Source: an uncultured Gammaproteobacteria bacterium (lineage in GTDB: Bacteria; Pseudomonadota; Gammaproteobacteria; Steroidobacterales; SZUA-146). Taken from it: a stretch of DNA of 64,000 bases. This document shows positions 18,961 through 28,783 of the stretch, in pieces. Position 1 is the stretch's first letter. Every line of letters begins with the position of its first letter. Position numbers and translations under genes: made by a program. The notes beneath the pieces are model-generated. The model was not told the origin of the DNA. It did no database searches and was given only the letters and a program-made list of their open reading frames with translations. Location: contig CAWUKD010000003.1 in NCBI GenBank assembly GCA_963922815.1, positions 1,718 to 65,717 on the forward strand, read 5' to 3'.

Positions 18961-18999
18961 CCGGCAGCAGCGGTTGCGACGACCGCAACGCGCTGCCGG
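18961..18999. other. Long GC-rich hairpin downstream of ettA (terminator without U-tract, or REP-like element)
   Basis: The outer stem is CCGGCAGC...GCTGCCGG. The inner stem is GTTGCG-acgac-CGCAAC. No T-run follows. Confidence 0.4.
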
Positions 19000-19030
19000 C
19001 CATATTGACGCACTACACAGGCATCTATTA

Positions 19031-20161
19031 ATGACTCGACTACTGGCAGCAATTTTGATCGGATTGGTGCTTGCGTGTGGTGCGCAGGCACAGACCGCCA
19101 GCTCGGAAACCCACACGGTGGGCCCTGGCGACTCGCTCTACGGCATCGTAGCCATCAATTACCCGGAGCGTATGGCGCGATGGACCGACGTTGCCGCCGA
19201 TCTCGTCGCATTGAATCCGGAAGCGTTTCCCAATGGCCTCGATACCGTACTCAGGCTGGGAGATGAGCTGGTCCTGGTCGATTACTCCGTACCTGACACA
19301 CCAACCAGCGCCAGCGAACAAAGCGTTTCCGAAAGCACCTCCGGGGCGACAGCGCCACAACCCGCTGCTGCAGCTCCGGTGCAAAGAGAAGCTGAGGCCG
19401 ATCGTGCCGACGATTCTGCACAACCAGGCAGTGGACGAACGGTCACACGCGAAGGCACAACTTCAGCCAGCGATACCAGCGCAACGCCATCCGAAGATAA
19501 CCGTGCAATTGGCTACGTCGCTTCAGTCACGTCCCAGGCTATCGCTACTGACCACCAGAACCAGCAGCGCACGCTATCCAGAAACGATCGCATCTATTTT
19601 GGCGACGCGGTCAGCACCATTGACGAGTCGGCCATAACGCTTCGCATGCTCGACGACGCGGAGTACCAGCTGCAGGCATCGAGCCGGCTCATGTTTGAAC
19701 GCTATCAGTATGAACCCGACACGCAAAACGGCAGCGCCGTACTCACTCTTGTGAAGGGCGGGTTTCGCTCGAAAACCGGGCTACTGAGTCAGCATCAGCC
19801 GACGGCCGTTGCCATCAACACCGCGGTGGCAACAGTGGGCGTTCCCGGAACCGAATTCGCTCTCAGGGTGTGTGCACGGAACACCTGCCGGTCAACGCCA
19901 AACGCCGCCGCACTGGATCCGGGTCTATACACGGGCGTGCTGGAAGGTCGTATTGTGATCAGTAATAACACCGGTGACCTGACCACGGGCCGCGGCGAGT
20001 TTTATCACATTGCGGCGCCTAACACCGTCCCTGAAGCCACGCCGGACGCAGCCATGCTGTTATTCAACAAACAGGAACTGGCTCAGCTTGACGTCGTTGT
20101 CGAAGAAGAGAAGCCGCTGAGCTTTCTTGAGTGGCTGTCACACAAGCTCTTTGGTGACTGA
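19031..20161 (+). CDS. Secreted LysM domain / FecR domain protein
   Basis: Four regions are visible: signal peptide MTRLLAAILIGLVLACGAQAQ; a LysM-like HTVGPGDSLYGIV segment; a Ser/Thr/Ala-rich linker; and a FecR-like core (DRIYFGDAV...LTLVKGGFR). I chose the ATG at 19031. Confidence 0.6.
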   Translation: MTRLLAAILIGLVLACGAQAQTASSETHTVGPGDSLYGIVAINYPERMARWTDVAADLVALNPEAFPNGLDTVLRLGDELVLVDYSVPDTPTSASEQSVSESTSGATAPQPAAAAPVQREAEADRADDSAQPGSGRTVTREGTTSASDTSATPSEDNRAIGYVASVTSQAIATDHQNQQRTLSRNDRIYFGDAVSTIDESAITLRMLDDAEYQLQASSRLMFERYQYEPDTQNGSAVLTLVKGGFRSKTGLLSQHQPTAVAINTAVATVGVPGTEFALRVCARNTCRSTPNAAALDPGLYTGVLEGRIVISNNTGDLTTGRGEFYHIAAPNTVPEATPDAAMLLFNKQELAQLDVVVEEEKPLSFLEWLSHKLFGD

Positions 20162-20206
20162 GGAAGTCGGCCGGTCCCGGCTGTCGGGCAGGCCATTCCC
20201 CTGATT

Positions 20207-23200
20207 TCAATCGACCCAGACTCTCGCGTTTCTAAACATTCTCATCCATGGGCCGTCCTCGCCCCAGTCTGCCGGGCTCCATGAATTCTGCACGGTTCTG
20301 AACACGCGTTCGGGATGCGGCATCATGATTGTCACCCTTCCGTCCTCGCTGCAGAACCCTGCCGACGCCATCTCCGATCCGTTTGGATTCGCCGGGAAGC
20401 GCTGGGTTGCCTGTCCGAGATTGTCAACATAGTGGGCCACAGCCAGTCCGGACGCCGCCTGTCGCTGCTGATCGCTTACAAACGAAGCTCTGCCTTCGCC
20501 GTGAGACACCACCACCGGAATAACCGAGTCCTGCATACCCTCCATCAGGATGGACGGCGTTGAAGCCACTTTGAGATTCACCACGCGGGCCTCGTACTGC
20601 TCTGACTGATTGGTTAAAAACCGCGGCCAGTGACCGGCGCCGGGCACAATGTCACGAAGCGTCGACAGCATCTGACATCCGTTACAGACGCCGAGCGCAA
20701 ACGTGTTGGCATTGGTAAAAAAGTCTGCGAATGCCGCTCGTACGCTTTCGTTGTAGAGGACCGACTTGGCCCAGCCTTCACCTGCGCCAAGTACATCGCC
20801 ATAAGAGAATCCACCGCAGGCAGCCAGGCCTGCAAAACCGGTTAACGCGGTGCCGCCGGCCAGATCACTCATGTGCACGTCAACGCAGTCGAACCCGGCG
20901 CGCGTAAACGCGGCCGCCATTTCGATCTGGCCGTTAACTCCCTGCTCGCGCAGAATTGCCACTTTCGGTTTGGCTCCTGTGTTGACCATACCGGCACAAA
21001 TGTCTTCAGACTGATCAAAGGTCAGGTGCGCCTGCAGCCCGGGATCGTACTGGTCAAACCGCGCGAATTCCTGTTCAGCACACTCCGGATTGTCACGCAG
21101 CTTTTGCATCTGATAACTCGTGGCCGACCACGTGCGCTGCAGATCCAGAAGCGATCGTTCGTAAACCACAGAATCTTTGCAGCCCAGTCGAATCATATGA
21201 TCATCCCGACAAGACGCTACGCGGTGGAGGATATGAGTCACATCATGTCGCGCACAGATACTGACAATCCGGTCTACATCGGCCCGGTCGACCTGGAACA
21301 GGCAGCCAAGCTCTTCATTAAACAGAAACTGCAACCGCTCCCGGTGATCTTCAGGCACTTCGATATCCAGTCCGATGCGGCTAGCGAAACTCATTTCTGC
21401 AAGAGCGGCAAACAGGCCGCCGTCAGACCGGTCGTGATAGGCATGAATGTACCCGGCCCGACGCATGTCGCGCAGGGCGTCAAAAACCGCCAGAATCAAA
21501 TCGGGATCCGGAGTGTCGGGCGTCGCGCCGCCTAACTGCCCATAAACCTGCGCCAGCGCCGAACCGCCCATGCGCTTGCGGCCGTCGCCAAGGTCCAGTA
21601 ACAGCACTTCGGTGTCACCATCCCGCCTGAGCTCAGGGGTAAGCGTCCTGCGAACATCGTTAACGCTTGCGAATCCTGAAACGATCAGCGAAACAGGCGC
21701 AACCACTTCATGGGATTCGCCGTCAGGACTGTTCCAGGAACTCTTCATAGACAGAGAGTCCTTGCCCACCGGAACTGCAATCCCAAGCGCCGGGCAAAGC
21801 TCTTCACCAATGGCCTTCACGGTGGCATAAAGGTCGGCATCGTCCTCAGCATGATTGGCCGCCGCCATCCAGTTCGCTGACAGGCAGATGTCGCTGACGG
21901 ACCCAAGGTCCGCGGCCATCATGTTGGTGATGGTTTCCGCTACGGCCATACGGCCTGACGCCGCAGGGTTCGCTGACGCAATCGGTGTTCGTTCGCCCAT
22001 CGCCATGGCTTCACCGGCATAGCCTTCAAAATCGGCGCACGTTACCGCCACGTCGGCCACTGGCACCTGCCAGGGACCTACCATCTGGTCACGACTGCAC
22101 AGCCCGCCGACAGAACGATCACCAATGGTAATCAGAAACGACTTGTCGGCAACGGCCGGCAACGAAAGAACGCGATCAATCGAGTCCGTCAGATCCATAG
22201 AAGCGGCGTCGAACTCACCGCGGCCGCGAGGCGTTCGCGTGGTGTCACGAGAGGTCTGTGGCGTTTTACCAAGCAGCACTTCCATCGGCATGTTTACCGG
22301 CGTGTTATCAAACTGCGGATCATTCAGTACCAGCATGCGCTCGCTGGTGGTCGTACCCAGCAGCACCGACGGGCAGCGCTCTCGCTGGCAGATCGCATCA
22401 AACGCTTCCTGGTTTTCCGGCGCAATAATCAGCACGTAGCGCTCCTGCGCCTCGTTGCACCAGATCTCCATAGGCGACATGCCCGGATCAAGATTGGGCA
22501 CCTCACGCAGATTGAGAATGCCGCCGAGACCGCTGTGATCAATACTCTCGGGAACCGCGTTGGAAAGCCCGCCCGCGCCAACATCGTGGATCAGCAATAT
22601 GGGATTGTCCTCACCCATTGCCCAGCATCGGTCAATGACCTCCTGCGCACGACGTTCCATTTCAGGATTACCGCGCTGCACGGATGCGAAATCGAGATCC
22701 TCTTCGCTCTGCCCCGAACTCATCGACGAAGCTGCACCGCCTCCAAGGCCGATCAACATAGCCGGTCCACCAATGACCAGTACGTTTGACTCGGGAGGTA
22801 TGTCCAGCTTGTTCACGTCACTGGCGCGAACGTTGCCAAGACCGCCCGCAATCATGATCGGTTTGTGATAGCCGCGCACCGTGCCGTTGCCGTCGAGCTG
22901 CTCCTGCGTACGAAAATAACCCGCCAGGTTCGGACGCCCGAATTCGTTGTTAAACGCCGCGCCACCGATGGGCCCTTCCAGCATGATTTGCAGTGGCGAC
23001 GCAATGCGATCCGACTTGTGCTCTTCGCTCTCCCAGGGCTGGGCCAGCTCGGGAATACGCAAGTGCGACACCGAGAACCCGGTAAGTCCGGCTTTGGGTT
23101 TGGCACCGCGGCCCGTCGCCCCTTCGTCGCGAATCTCTCCCCCGTTACCGGTTGCCGCACCGGGAAAGGGCGAGATAGCCGTTGGATGGTTATGCGTTTC

Positions 23201-24076
23201 GACCTTCATCAGGATGTGAATGTCTTCTTCGACCGCGCGATAAACCCGCGACGATGGCTCGGCAAAAAAACGATGACCCTTGCTGCCCTCCATCACCGCG
23301 GCGTTGTCTTTGTAGGCTGACAGCACGCCCTCGGGAGCGCGCTCGTGGGTATTACGAATCATCTGGAACAACGTTTTGGGCTGTTCAACGCCGTTGATTT
23401 TCCAGTCGGCGTTAAAAATCTTGTGCCGGCAGTGTTCCGAATTTGCCTGGGCAAACATCATGAGCTCTACGTCGGTCGGATTGCGCTGCATCGACGTAAA
23501 ATGCGTCACCAGGTACTCAATCTCATCCGGCGAAAGCGCGAGACCGAGCTCGCGGTTGGCTTTTTCAAGCGCCCCCGCCCCGTCTTCCATCAGGGGAACG
23601 GCAGAGAGTGGCCTGGGTTCGGCATGCGCAAACAGATGGTCCGCCTGAACTGCCACCATCACCACCGTTTCGGTCATGCGGTCATGCAGGCAGGCCGACA
23701 GTTGTCCAACCATTTGAGCGTCGCCCCCGACCCCGCCGAGAACGTATTCAATCCCTCGTTCTACCCTCAGGACTTTTTTCAGGCCACAGTTAATGGCGAT
23801 GTCGGTTGCCTTGCTCGACCACGGCGATATGGTTCCAAGCCGCGGCAATACGGTCAGCGTAGGTGCCTCGGCCTGTTCGCTCTGATGGTTGTCTCCGTAC
23901 GTCAGCAGTCGCTCAAGCACGTCGTGCTCCGACGACGTCAACGCGCTGCTGGTGTCGACAAAGTGCACATACCGGGCGCTTTTTACGGACACACCAGACA
24001 CTGCCTGATCAAGCCTGCGGTTCAGTTTGTCCTTGCGAAAGGCCGAAAGCGCAGGCGCGCCGTGAATCGTTAACAT
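20207..24076 (-). CDS. purL: Phosphoribosylformylglycinamidine synthase (large single-chain form)
   Basis: About 1289 aa with the typical [15 protein letters not shown]-terminus and a C-terminal glutaminase domain (GVCNGCQM). I chose the ATG at 24076. Confidence 0.95.
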   Translation of the reverse strand: MLTIHGAPALSAFRKDKLNRRLDQAVSGVSVKSARYVHFVDTSSALTSSEHDVLERLLTYGDNHQSEQAEAPTLTVLPRLGTISPWSSKATDIAINCGLKKVLRVERGIEYVLGGVGGDAQMVGQLSACLHDRMTETVVMVAVQADHLFAHAEPRPLSAVPLMEDGAGALEKANRELGLALSPDEIEYLVTHFTSMQRNPTDVELMMFAQANSEHCRHKIFNADWKINGVEQPKTLFQMIRNTHERAPEGVLSAYKDNAAVMEGSKGHRFFAEPSSRVYRAVEEDIHILMKVETHNHPTAISPFPGAATGNGGEIRDEGATGRGAKPKAGLTGFSVSHLRIPELAQPWESEEHKSDRIASPLQIMLEGPIGGAAFNNEFGRPNLAGYFRTQEQLDGNGTVRGYHKPIMIAGGLGNVRASDVNKLDIPPESNVLVIGGPAMLIGLGGGAASSMSSGQSEEDLDFASVQRGNPEMERRAQEVIDRCWAMGEDNPILLIHDVGAGGLSNAVPESIDHSGLGGILNLREVPNLDPGMSPMEIWCNEAQERYVLIIAPENQEAFDAICQRERCPSVLLGTTTSERMLVLNDPQFDNTPVNMPMEVLLGKTPQTSRDTTRTPRGRGEFDAASMDLTDSIDRVLSLPAVADKSFLITIGDRSVGGLCSRDQMVGPWQVPVADVAVTCADFEGYAGEAMAMGERTPIASANPAASGRMAVAETITNMMAADLGSVSDICLSANWMAAANHAEDDADLYATVKAIGEELCPALGIAVPVGKDSLSMKSSWNSPDGESHEVVAPVSLIVSGFASVNDVRRTLTPELRRDGDTEVLLLDLGDGRKRMGGSALAQVYGQLGGATPDTPDPDLILAVFDALRDMRRAGYIHAYHDRSDGGLFAALAEMSFASRIGLDIEVPEDHRERLQFLFNEELGCLFQVDRADVDRIVSICARHDVTHILHRVASCRDDHMIRLGCKDSVVYERSLLDLQRTWSATSYQMQKLRDNPECAEQEFARFDQYDPGLQAHLTFDQSEDICAGMVNTGAKPKVAILREQGVNGQIEMAAAFTRAGFDCVDVHMSDLAGGTALTGFAGLAACGGFSYGDVLGAGEGWAKSVLYNESVRAAFADFFTNANTFALGVCNGCQMLSTLRDIVPGAGHWPRFLTNQSEQYEARVVNLKVASTPSILMEGMQDSVIPVVVSHGEGRASFVSDQQRQAASGLAVAHYVDNLGQATQRFPANPNGSEMASAGFCSEDGRVTIMMPHPERVFRTVQNSWSPADWGEDGPWMRMFRNARVWVD

Positions 24077-24106
24077 GCTGTACTCCACGCCACCGGGCGC
24101 CAATAT

Positions 24107-24898
24107 TTAGAGTGTAATAGCACCGGGCGCAGACAGTGTCTGTAAACACCACCACGGGGTACCGTCTTGCTGATCGGCCAGTTTAACCTGCGGCCTGTGA
24201 TCTTTTAATGCATCTGTAAGTGCGGCCTGCACCAGCTTGTGGCAGTTGTTTTTCTCACTGATGTGTACGGCAAGCACCATTTTTAACCGCTTGAAGTCAA
24301 CCTGTCCGAGCAGCGCTGCGGCCTGATGATTGTTCAGGTGGCCATAGTTACCGCCAACTCTTTGCTTCAGCCGCGGCGGATACGGGCCCGACTGCAGCAT
24401 CGACGTATCGTGATTGCACTCAACCACCAGCGCGTCGCAGCGACCGTAGTGGCGCTGGATGTGCGGCGTGACGTGTCCCACGTCCGTCAGGATCCCGAGG
24501 CGCAATCCATTGTGACTGAACACGTACTGGCATGGCTCCTTGGCGTCATGCGGCACGGGTACTGGCTGCACCTCCAGAGAACCCAGTCGAAACGCACTGT
24601 GACTGTTCACCAGGTTGAGATGCGGCAGCTCGCCGGCTCTATTGGTCGCGAACGTTCCAGGGGTCATGTAAACGGGCAAATCGTATTTTCGCGCCAGCCC
24701 GCCAATGCCGGCAATATGATCGGAGTGCTCGTGGGTGACGATCAGCGCATGAAGGTCTGAGGGGCTCAATTCAAGCCGCGTCATTCGTCGCTCGGTTTCC
24801 TTGATGGAAAATCCGCAGTCCAGCAATACGCGCGTGCCGTCGGCCTCGATCACGCAAGCGTTCCCCTTACTCCCGCTACCCAGATAAGCAAAGCGCAT
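24107..24898 (-). CDS. MBL-fold metallo-hydrolase
   Basis: 263 aa with the THEHSDH metal-binding motif. It lies 30 nt upstream of purL on the same strand. Confidence 0.8.
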   Translation of the reverse strand: MRFAYLGSGSKGNACVIEADGTRVLLDCGFSIKETERRMTRLELSPSDLHALIVTHEHSDHIAGIGGLARKYDLPVYMTPGTFATNRAGELPHLNLVNSHSAFRLGSLEVQPVPVPHDAKEPCQYVFSHNGLRLGILTDVGHVTPHIQRHYGRCDALVVECNHDTSMLQSGPYPPRLKQRVGGNYGHLNNHQAAALLGQVDFKRLKMVLAVHISEKNNCHKLVQAALTDALKDHRPQVKLADQQDGTPWWCLQTLSAPGAITL

Positions 24899-24920
24899 TG
24901 CCTACACCACTCGTTGCCGG

Positions 24921-25256
24921 TCAGTCACTTTTGTCACCGCCGGGTGTATACAAAGGCACCGGGAACGGAGACACGTTGTCTGAGCTGCCCTGGGTGATCT
25001 TGCTCACGCCCGTTTTGTTCACTTCATCGATACGTATGATGGCGTGCATCGGGACAAAACTGCGCTTTACGTTGGCAAATTCTGATTTGATCTTTTCTTC
25101 CGCCGGGTCCACGACAACGCTCGAACGTTCGCCAAACACCAGCTCTTCAATCATGACGAATCCGAACAGCTCGCCGTGCTCGACGTTGCGGGCATAGACT
25201 TCGTAGGTTTTCCCCTGTGATGCAAAGGTGACTCTGTAAAGTATCTTGTCAGCCAT
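24921..25256 (-). CDS. DUF1820 family protein
   Basis: 111 aa. The YRVTFASQGKTYEVYARNV...GFVMIEELVF pattern matches my recollection of DUF1820. Confidence 0.55.
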   Translation of the reverse strand: MADKILYRVTFASQGKTYEVYARNVEHGELFGFVMIEELVFGERSSVVVDPAEEKIKSEFANVKRSFVPMHAIIRIDEVNKTGVSKITQGSSDNVSPFPVPLYTPGGDKSD

Positions 25257-25271
25257 TTTGTCAGGAACGTA

Positions 25272-26012
25272 CTAAGCGGAATCGGTAATGGACAGGAAGT
25301 CGATAACCGCTACCGAAATGTTGTCGCCGCCACCACCGCGCAGTGCCAGTTCAACCAGCCGCTTGCAGGCCCGCTCCGGGTCGCTCTGATTCATGCCTTC
25401 CAGAATGTCATTGTCTTTGAGGTCTTTGTAAAGGCCATCGCTGCACAACATGATGCGATCGCGATTTTTAAGCGGTTGCAGGTTGGCGTCCAGATTCAGG
25501 GTGCTTGAGCCGCCAACGGCCCGCGTGATCACGTTGGCCATGGGATGTGATTCGGCGTCTTCTCTCGGGATTTCCCCCAGCGCAATCAGCTCTTCAACCT
25601 GACTGTGATCCCGGGTGATCTGTTCGAGCTTGCCGTCACGCAGCCGGTAGACCCGGCTGTCGCCGGCCCACAGGCACAGGCAGTAACGACGAAACGCCAG
25701 CAGCGCAACCACTGTGCTGCCGATGGTGCTGGATGAGCTTTGCGCTTTTTCAAACAGGGCCGTGTTAACGTCTTGCAACCGGTTCTCTACAGTCGCCAGA
25801 AAGACATCAGGTTCTGCGTCGCTTTTGACCTCGCCGAGCTGCTCCACAATCAGGCGGCTCGCGTAGTCTCCGGCCTGGTGACCACCCATGCCGTCTGCGA
25901 CCACCCACAGGCCCAGATGCGGGGCATCAAGAAAAGCGTCTTCGTTGACCTTTCGGACCAGACCAGGATCGGTCAGGGCCGCAGAACGCCACTCAAACGA
26001 TTCGACAATCAT
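25272..26012 (-). CDS. PP2C-family Ser/Thr protein phosphatase
   Basis: 246 aa with NEDAF, ADGMGGH and the C-terminal GGGDNISV metal-binding motifs. Confidence 0.88.
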   Translation of the reverse strand: MIVESFEWRSAALTDPGLVRKVNEDAFLDAPHLGLWVVADGMGGHQAGDYASRLIVEQLGEVKSDAEPDVFLATVENRLQDVNTALFEKAQSSSSTIGSTVVALLAFRRYCLCLWAGDSRVYRLRDGKLEQITRDHSQVEELIALGEIPREDAESHPMANVITRAVGGSSTLNLDANLQPLKNRDRIMLCSDGLYKDLKDNDILEGMNQSDPERACKRLVELALRGGGGDNISVAVIDFLSITDSA

Positions 26013-26152
26013 GCGAAACGATCAGGCGAGGCAGACTGGGGATATCGCCCAAAACGACATCCGGCAGCTAAAACTGAACTTAGAACGGTTATCTGCATCG
26101 TATGATGTACGCCTAGTTTTTTGATTTAGTTAATATTGTCAAATCATTGCAT

Positions 26153-26248
<96 letters not shown>

Positions 26249-26332
26249 GTGACCGTGTCGGGGGGTCCCTGCTTCCCGATCGGGTATGATATGCAATGAA
26301 GGGGGGATAGGAAAGACCGTAACCCGCTCTAT

Positions 26333-27811
26333 TTGCCTTATTTTGTAACTATTTTCCAATCGGGCCCATCTATTTTGAGATTCGCGCTTGTACTACTGTT
26401 GATGAATGCCTGTGCCTTCCTGAGCACGTGCAGTCAGATGCCGTCCGCACTTGAGCAAGTGCTCGATGCAGGAACGCTCAAAGTGGTCACGCGCAATGCC
26501 TCAACGACCTACTATTTCGGCAAGTCGGGCCCGACAGGCCTCGAATTCGACCTGGCCCAGGGGTTTGCGGATTATCTCGGCGTAGACCTTGAGCTGTACA
26601 ACGCCGAGGAATTCACCGATATCCTGGGCGATGTGGCTTCATGGCGCGCCGATATGGCCGCTGCCGGTCTGACCATTACGCCCGCACGGGCAGCGCAGTA
26701 CGCGTTTACGGATCCCTACCACACGGTCGATCAGGTTCTGGTTTACCGCATGGGTAAACGTCGCCCCCGATCCATTGAAGACGTTCTCGACGGACAGCTG
26801 GCAGTCACCGGTGGCAGCAGCTATGTAGAAACCCTGATGGCGCTGCAGCTCGCCAGCCCGGAGCTTCAATGGACAGAAATGGCCGACGCGGCATCGGCCG
26901 AAGAATTACTGCAGCGGGTTGCCAGTCGCGAGCTCGACTATACGGTTGTGGATAGCAACGACCTGAGTATCAATCAGAATTTCTTCCCGTCGCTCAGAGT
27001 CGGATTCAAGCTGGCCGAAAACGAACAGCTGGGATGGGCCTTCCGGCCCGTGCCCGATACCAGCCTGCTGGACGCGGCCAATGAGTACCTGGCCATGATC
27101 CGGGAAAGCGGCCGGCTCGACGAGCTGAAAGCCCGCTATTTCGACCGGGATCATTCGCTGGACTACGTGGGAACGCGAAAGTTTATCCGTCATGTCAAAG
27201 ACCGGCTGCTGCGATACCAGTCGCTGTTTGAAGAGGCCGGAGAAACCTATGACGTGGACTGGCACCTGCTCGCCGCACAAGGCTATCAGGAGTCTCACTG
27301 GAATCCGGATGCGGTGTCTCCCACAGGCGTGCGCGGCCTGATGATGCTTACCCAGGCGACTGCCCGGCAGCTTGGCGTAGCCGACCGGACGGACCCTCGC
27401 GAGTCGATCATGGGCGGAGCCCGATACCTGATGCGCCTTAAAAGCCGGATGCCGGAGCGCATCAAAGACCCGGACCGCACCTACTTTGCCCTCGCGGCCT
27501 ACAACGTAGGATTCCTGCACCTTGAGGACGCCCGCATCCTTACCCAGCGCGCCGGACGCAATCCGGATCTGTGGGAAGACGTACGTAAGCATTTGCCGCT
27601 TCTGGCTCAGCAGAAATGGTACAGCCAGACCAAGCGTGGCTACGCCCGGGGCTGGGAGCCGGTCATTTATGTCGACAATATTCGCAGCTACTACGGCATT
27701 CTTGAATGGGCCATGTCGGACCGAAATCCCAGCGCGCGCTGGTTCGATCAGCAGCGCGACCTGTCAGACGACGGTGACAGCGGCGCCGGTGAAATCAGCG
27801 CCCTGCCCTGA
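26333..27811 (+). CDS. mltF: Membrane-bound lytic murein transglycosylase F
   Basis: It has an N-terminal periplasmic solute-binding-like domain and a C-terminal SLT domain (QESHWNP...GLMMLT). Synteny purL/mltF/tadA matches E. coli. The start is uncertain: TTG at 26333, or TTG 26375, or ATG 26402. Confidence 0.85.
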   Translation: MPYFVTIFQSGPSILRFALVLLLMNACAFLSTCSQMPSALEQVLDAGTLKVVTRNASTTYYFGKSGPTGLEFDLAQGFADYLGVDLELYNAEEFTDILGDVASWRADMAAAGLTITPARAAQYAFTDPYHTVDQVLVYRMGKRRPRSIEDVLDGQLAVTGGSSYVETLMALQLASPELQWTEMADAASAEELLQRVASRELDYTVVDSNDLSINQNFFPSLRVGFKLAENEQLGWAFRPVPDTSLLDAANEYLAMIRESGRLDELKARYFDRDHSLDYVGTRKFIRHVKDRLLRYQSLFEEAGETYDVDWHLLAAQGYQESHWNPDAVSPTGVRGLMMLTQATARQLGVADRTDPRESIMGGARYLMRLKSRMPERIKDPDRTYFALAAYNVGFLHLEDARILTQRAGRNPDLWEDVRKHLPLLAQQKWYSQTKRGYARGWEPVIYVDNIRSYYGILEWAMSDRNPSARWFDQQRDLSDDGDSGAGEISALP

Positions 27812-27838
27812 ACGCCATCAGGATGACCCCGGAGCAGG

Positions 27839-28321
27839 CTACCTCCTGGACTTGAAAAAAGTTTTAAGAAGCCCGGACGCCTCTGACTCGCACACCCCCG
27901 ATGACACCAGCACCCGGTGATTCAGTGCCGAATGGTCCACCACATCCAGCACGCTTCCGGCCGCTCCGGCCTTTGGATCATCAACCGCATACACCAGTCG
28001 CTCGATGCGGGCATGGAGCATCGCGCCAGCGCACATCGTGCACGGCTCCAGCGTGCAGTAAAGCGTCGCACCCGGAAAACGGTGGTTGCCGGTTTGGGCA
28101 CCGGCGTCACGCAAGGCCAGAATTTCAGCATGCGCTGAACAGTCGTGCAGAGCAATAGTCTGATTAAAACCTCGCCCAACAATCGCACCGTCAATGACTA
28201 ACAGGGCTCCCACGGGAACTTCCCCCCGGTCCGACGCCTGTTGCGCAAGGACCAGAGCCTCCTGCATAAAAATTTTATCCTGTTCACGATTCACAGCTGC
28301 CTCCCGGCGGCCATAAAACAT
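27839..28321 (-). CDS. tadA: tRNA adenosine(34) deaminase
   Basis: It has the CDA-fold HAE...PCTMCAGA zinc motif, is about 150-160 aa, and has conserved adjacency to mltF. Confidence 0.9.
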   Translation of the reverse strand: MFYGRREAAVNREQDKIFMQEALVLAQQASDRGEVPVGALLVIDGAIVGRGFNQTIALHDCSAHAEILALRDAGAQTGNHRFPGATLYCTLEPCTMCAGAMLHARIERLVYAVDDPKAGAAGSVLDVVDHSALNHRVLVSSGVCESEASGLLKTFFKSRR

Positions 28322-28419
28322 GACGCTTCCAAACGAATTGATTCATGTTGTTCATACGTTCGGCACCCGTCGCTCTTTGAGATCGAATCAACCATAAATT
28401 CACCGCCGACGCGCGAAGC

Positions 28420-28770
28420 TCAGAAGGTGCGCTCTACGGTGACACCGGCTTCGTCGGCATTGCTGATCGCCTGAGGTTTGCCAACCTTGACGACGATTTT
28501 CGACAACTCGAATCTTCCGGTGAGCAGTTCGCAAATCGAATTGGCCAGCTTCTCAACCAGCAGGAACTCAGAGTTTTGCACGAATTCGGTGACCAGTTCG
28601 GCGACAGTCTGGTAATCAAGCGCGTCATCAATTTCGTCACTGTCTTCAGTGATTTCCTGCTTTGGATAGAGCTTGAGCGAAATCCGGATGGTTTGCCTGT
28701 TATTCCTCTCCCACTCGTGAATCCCGATAATGGCTTCGACACTCAGGTTTTTTAAATATACGTACAGCAT
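28420..28770 (-). CDS. folB: Dihydroneopterin aldolase family protein
   Basis: 116 aa. It aligns by eye to FolB: IIGIHEWER, ALDYQ, LVEKLA and VGKPQA, so the catalytic Glu/Tyr/Glu/Lys positions are all present. A FolX-type epimerase cannot be excluded. Confidence 0.8.
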   Translation of the reverse strand: MLYVYLKNLSVEAIIGIHEWERNNRQTIRISLKLYPKQEITEDSDEIDDALDYQTVAELVTEFVQNSEFLLVEKLANSICELLTGRFELSKIVVKVGKPQAISNADEAGVTVERTF

Positions 28771-28783
28771 CTTGTCACCTCTC

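Noticed and set aside
17296-19003. Minus-strand ORFs of 207, 269 and 274 aa
   Set aside because: They are antisense to ettA, which has a clear ABC-F sequence on the plus strand.
20873-24073. Plus-strand ORFs of 220 and 242 aa, and many smaller ones
   Set aside because: They are antisense to purL.
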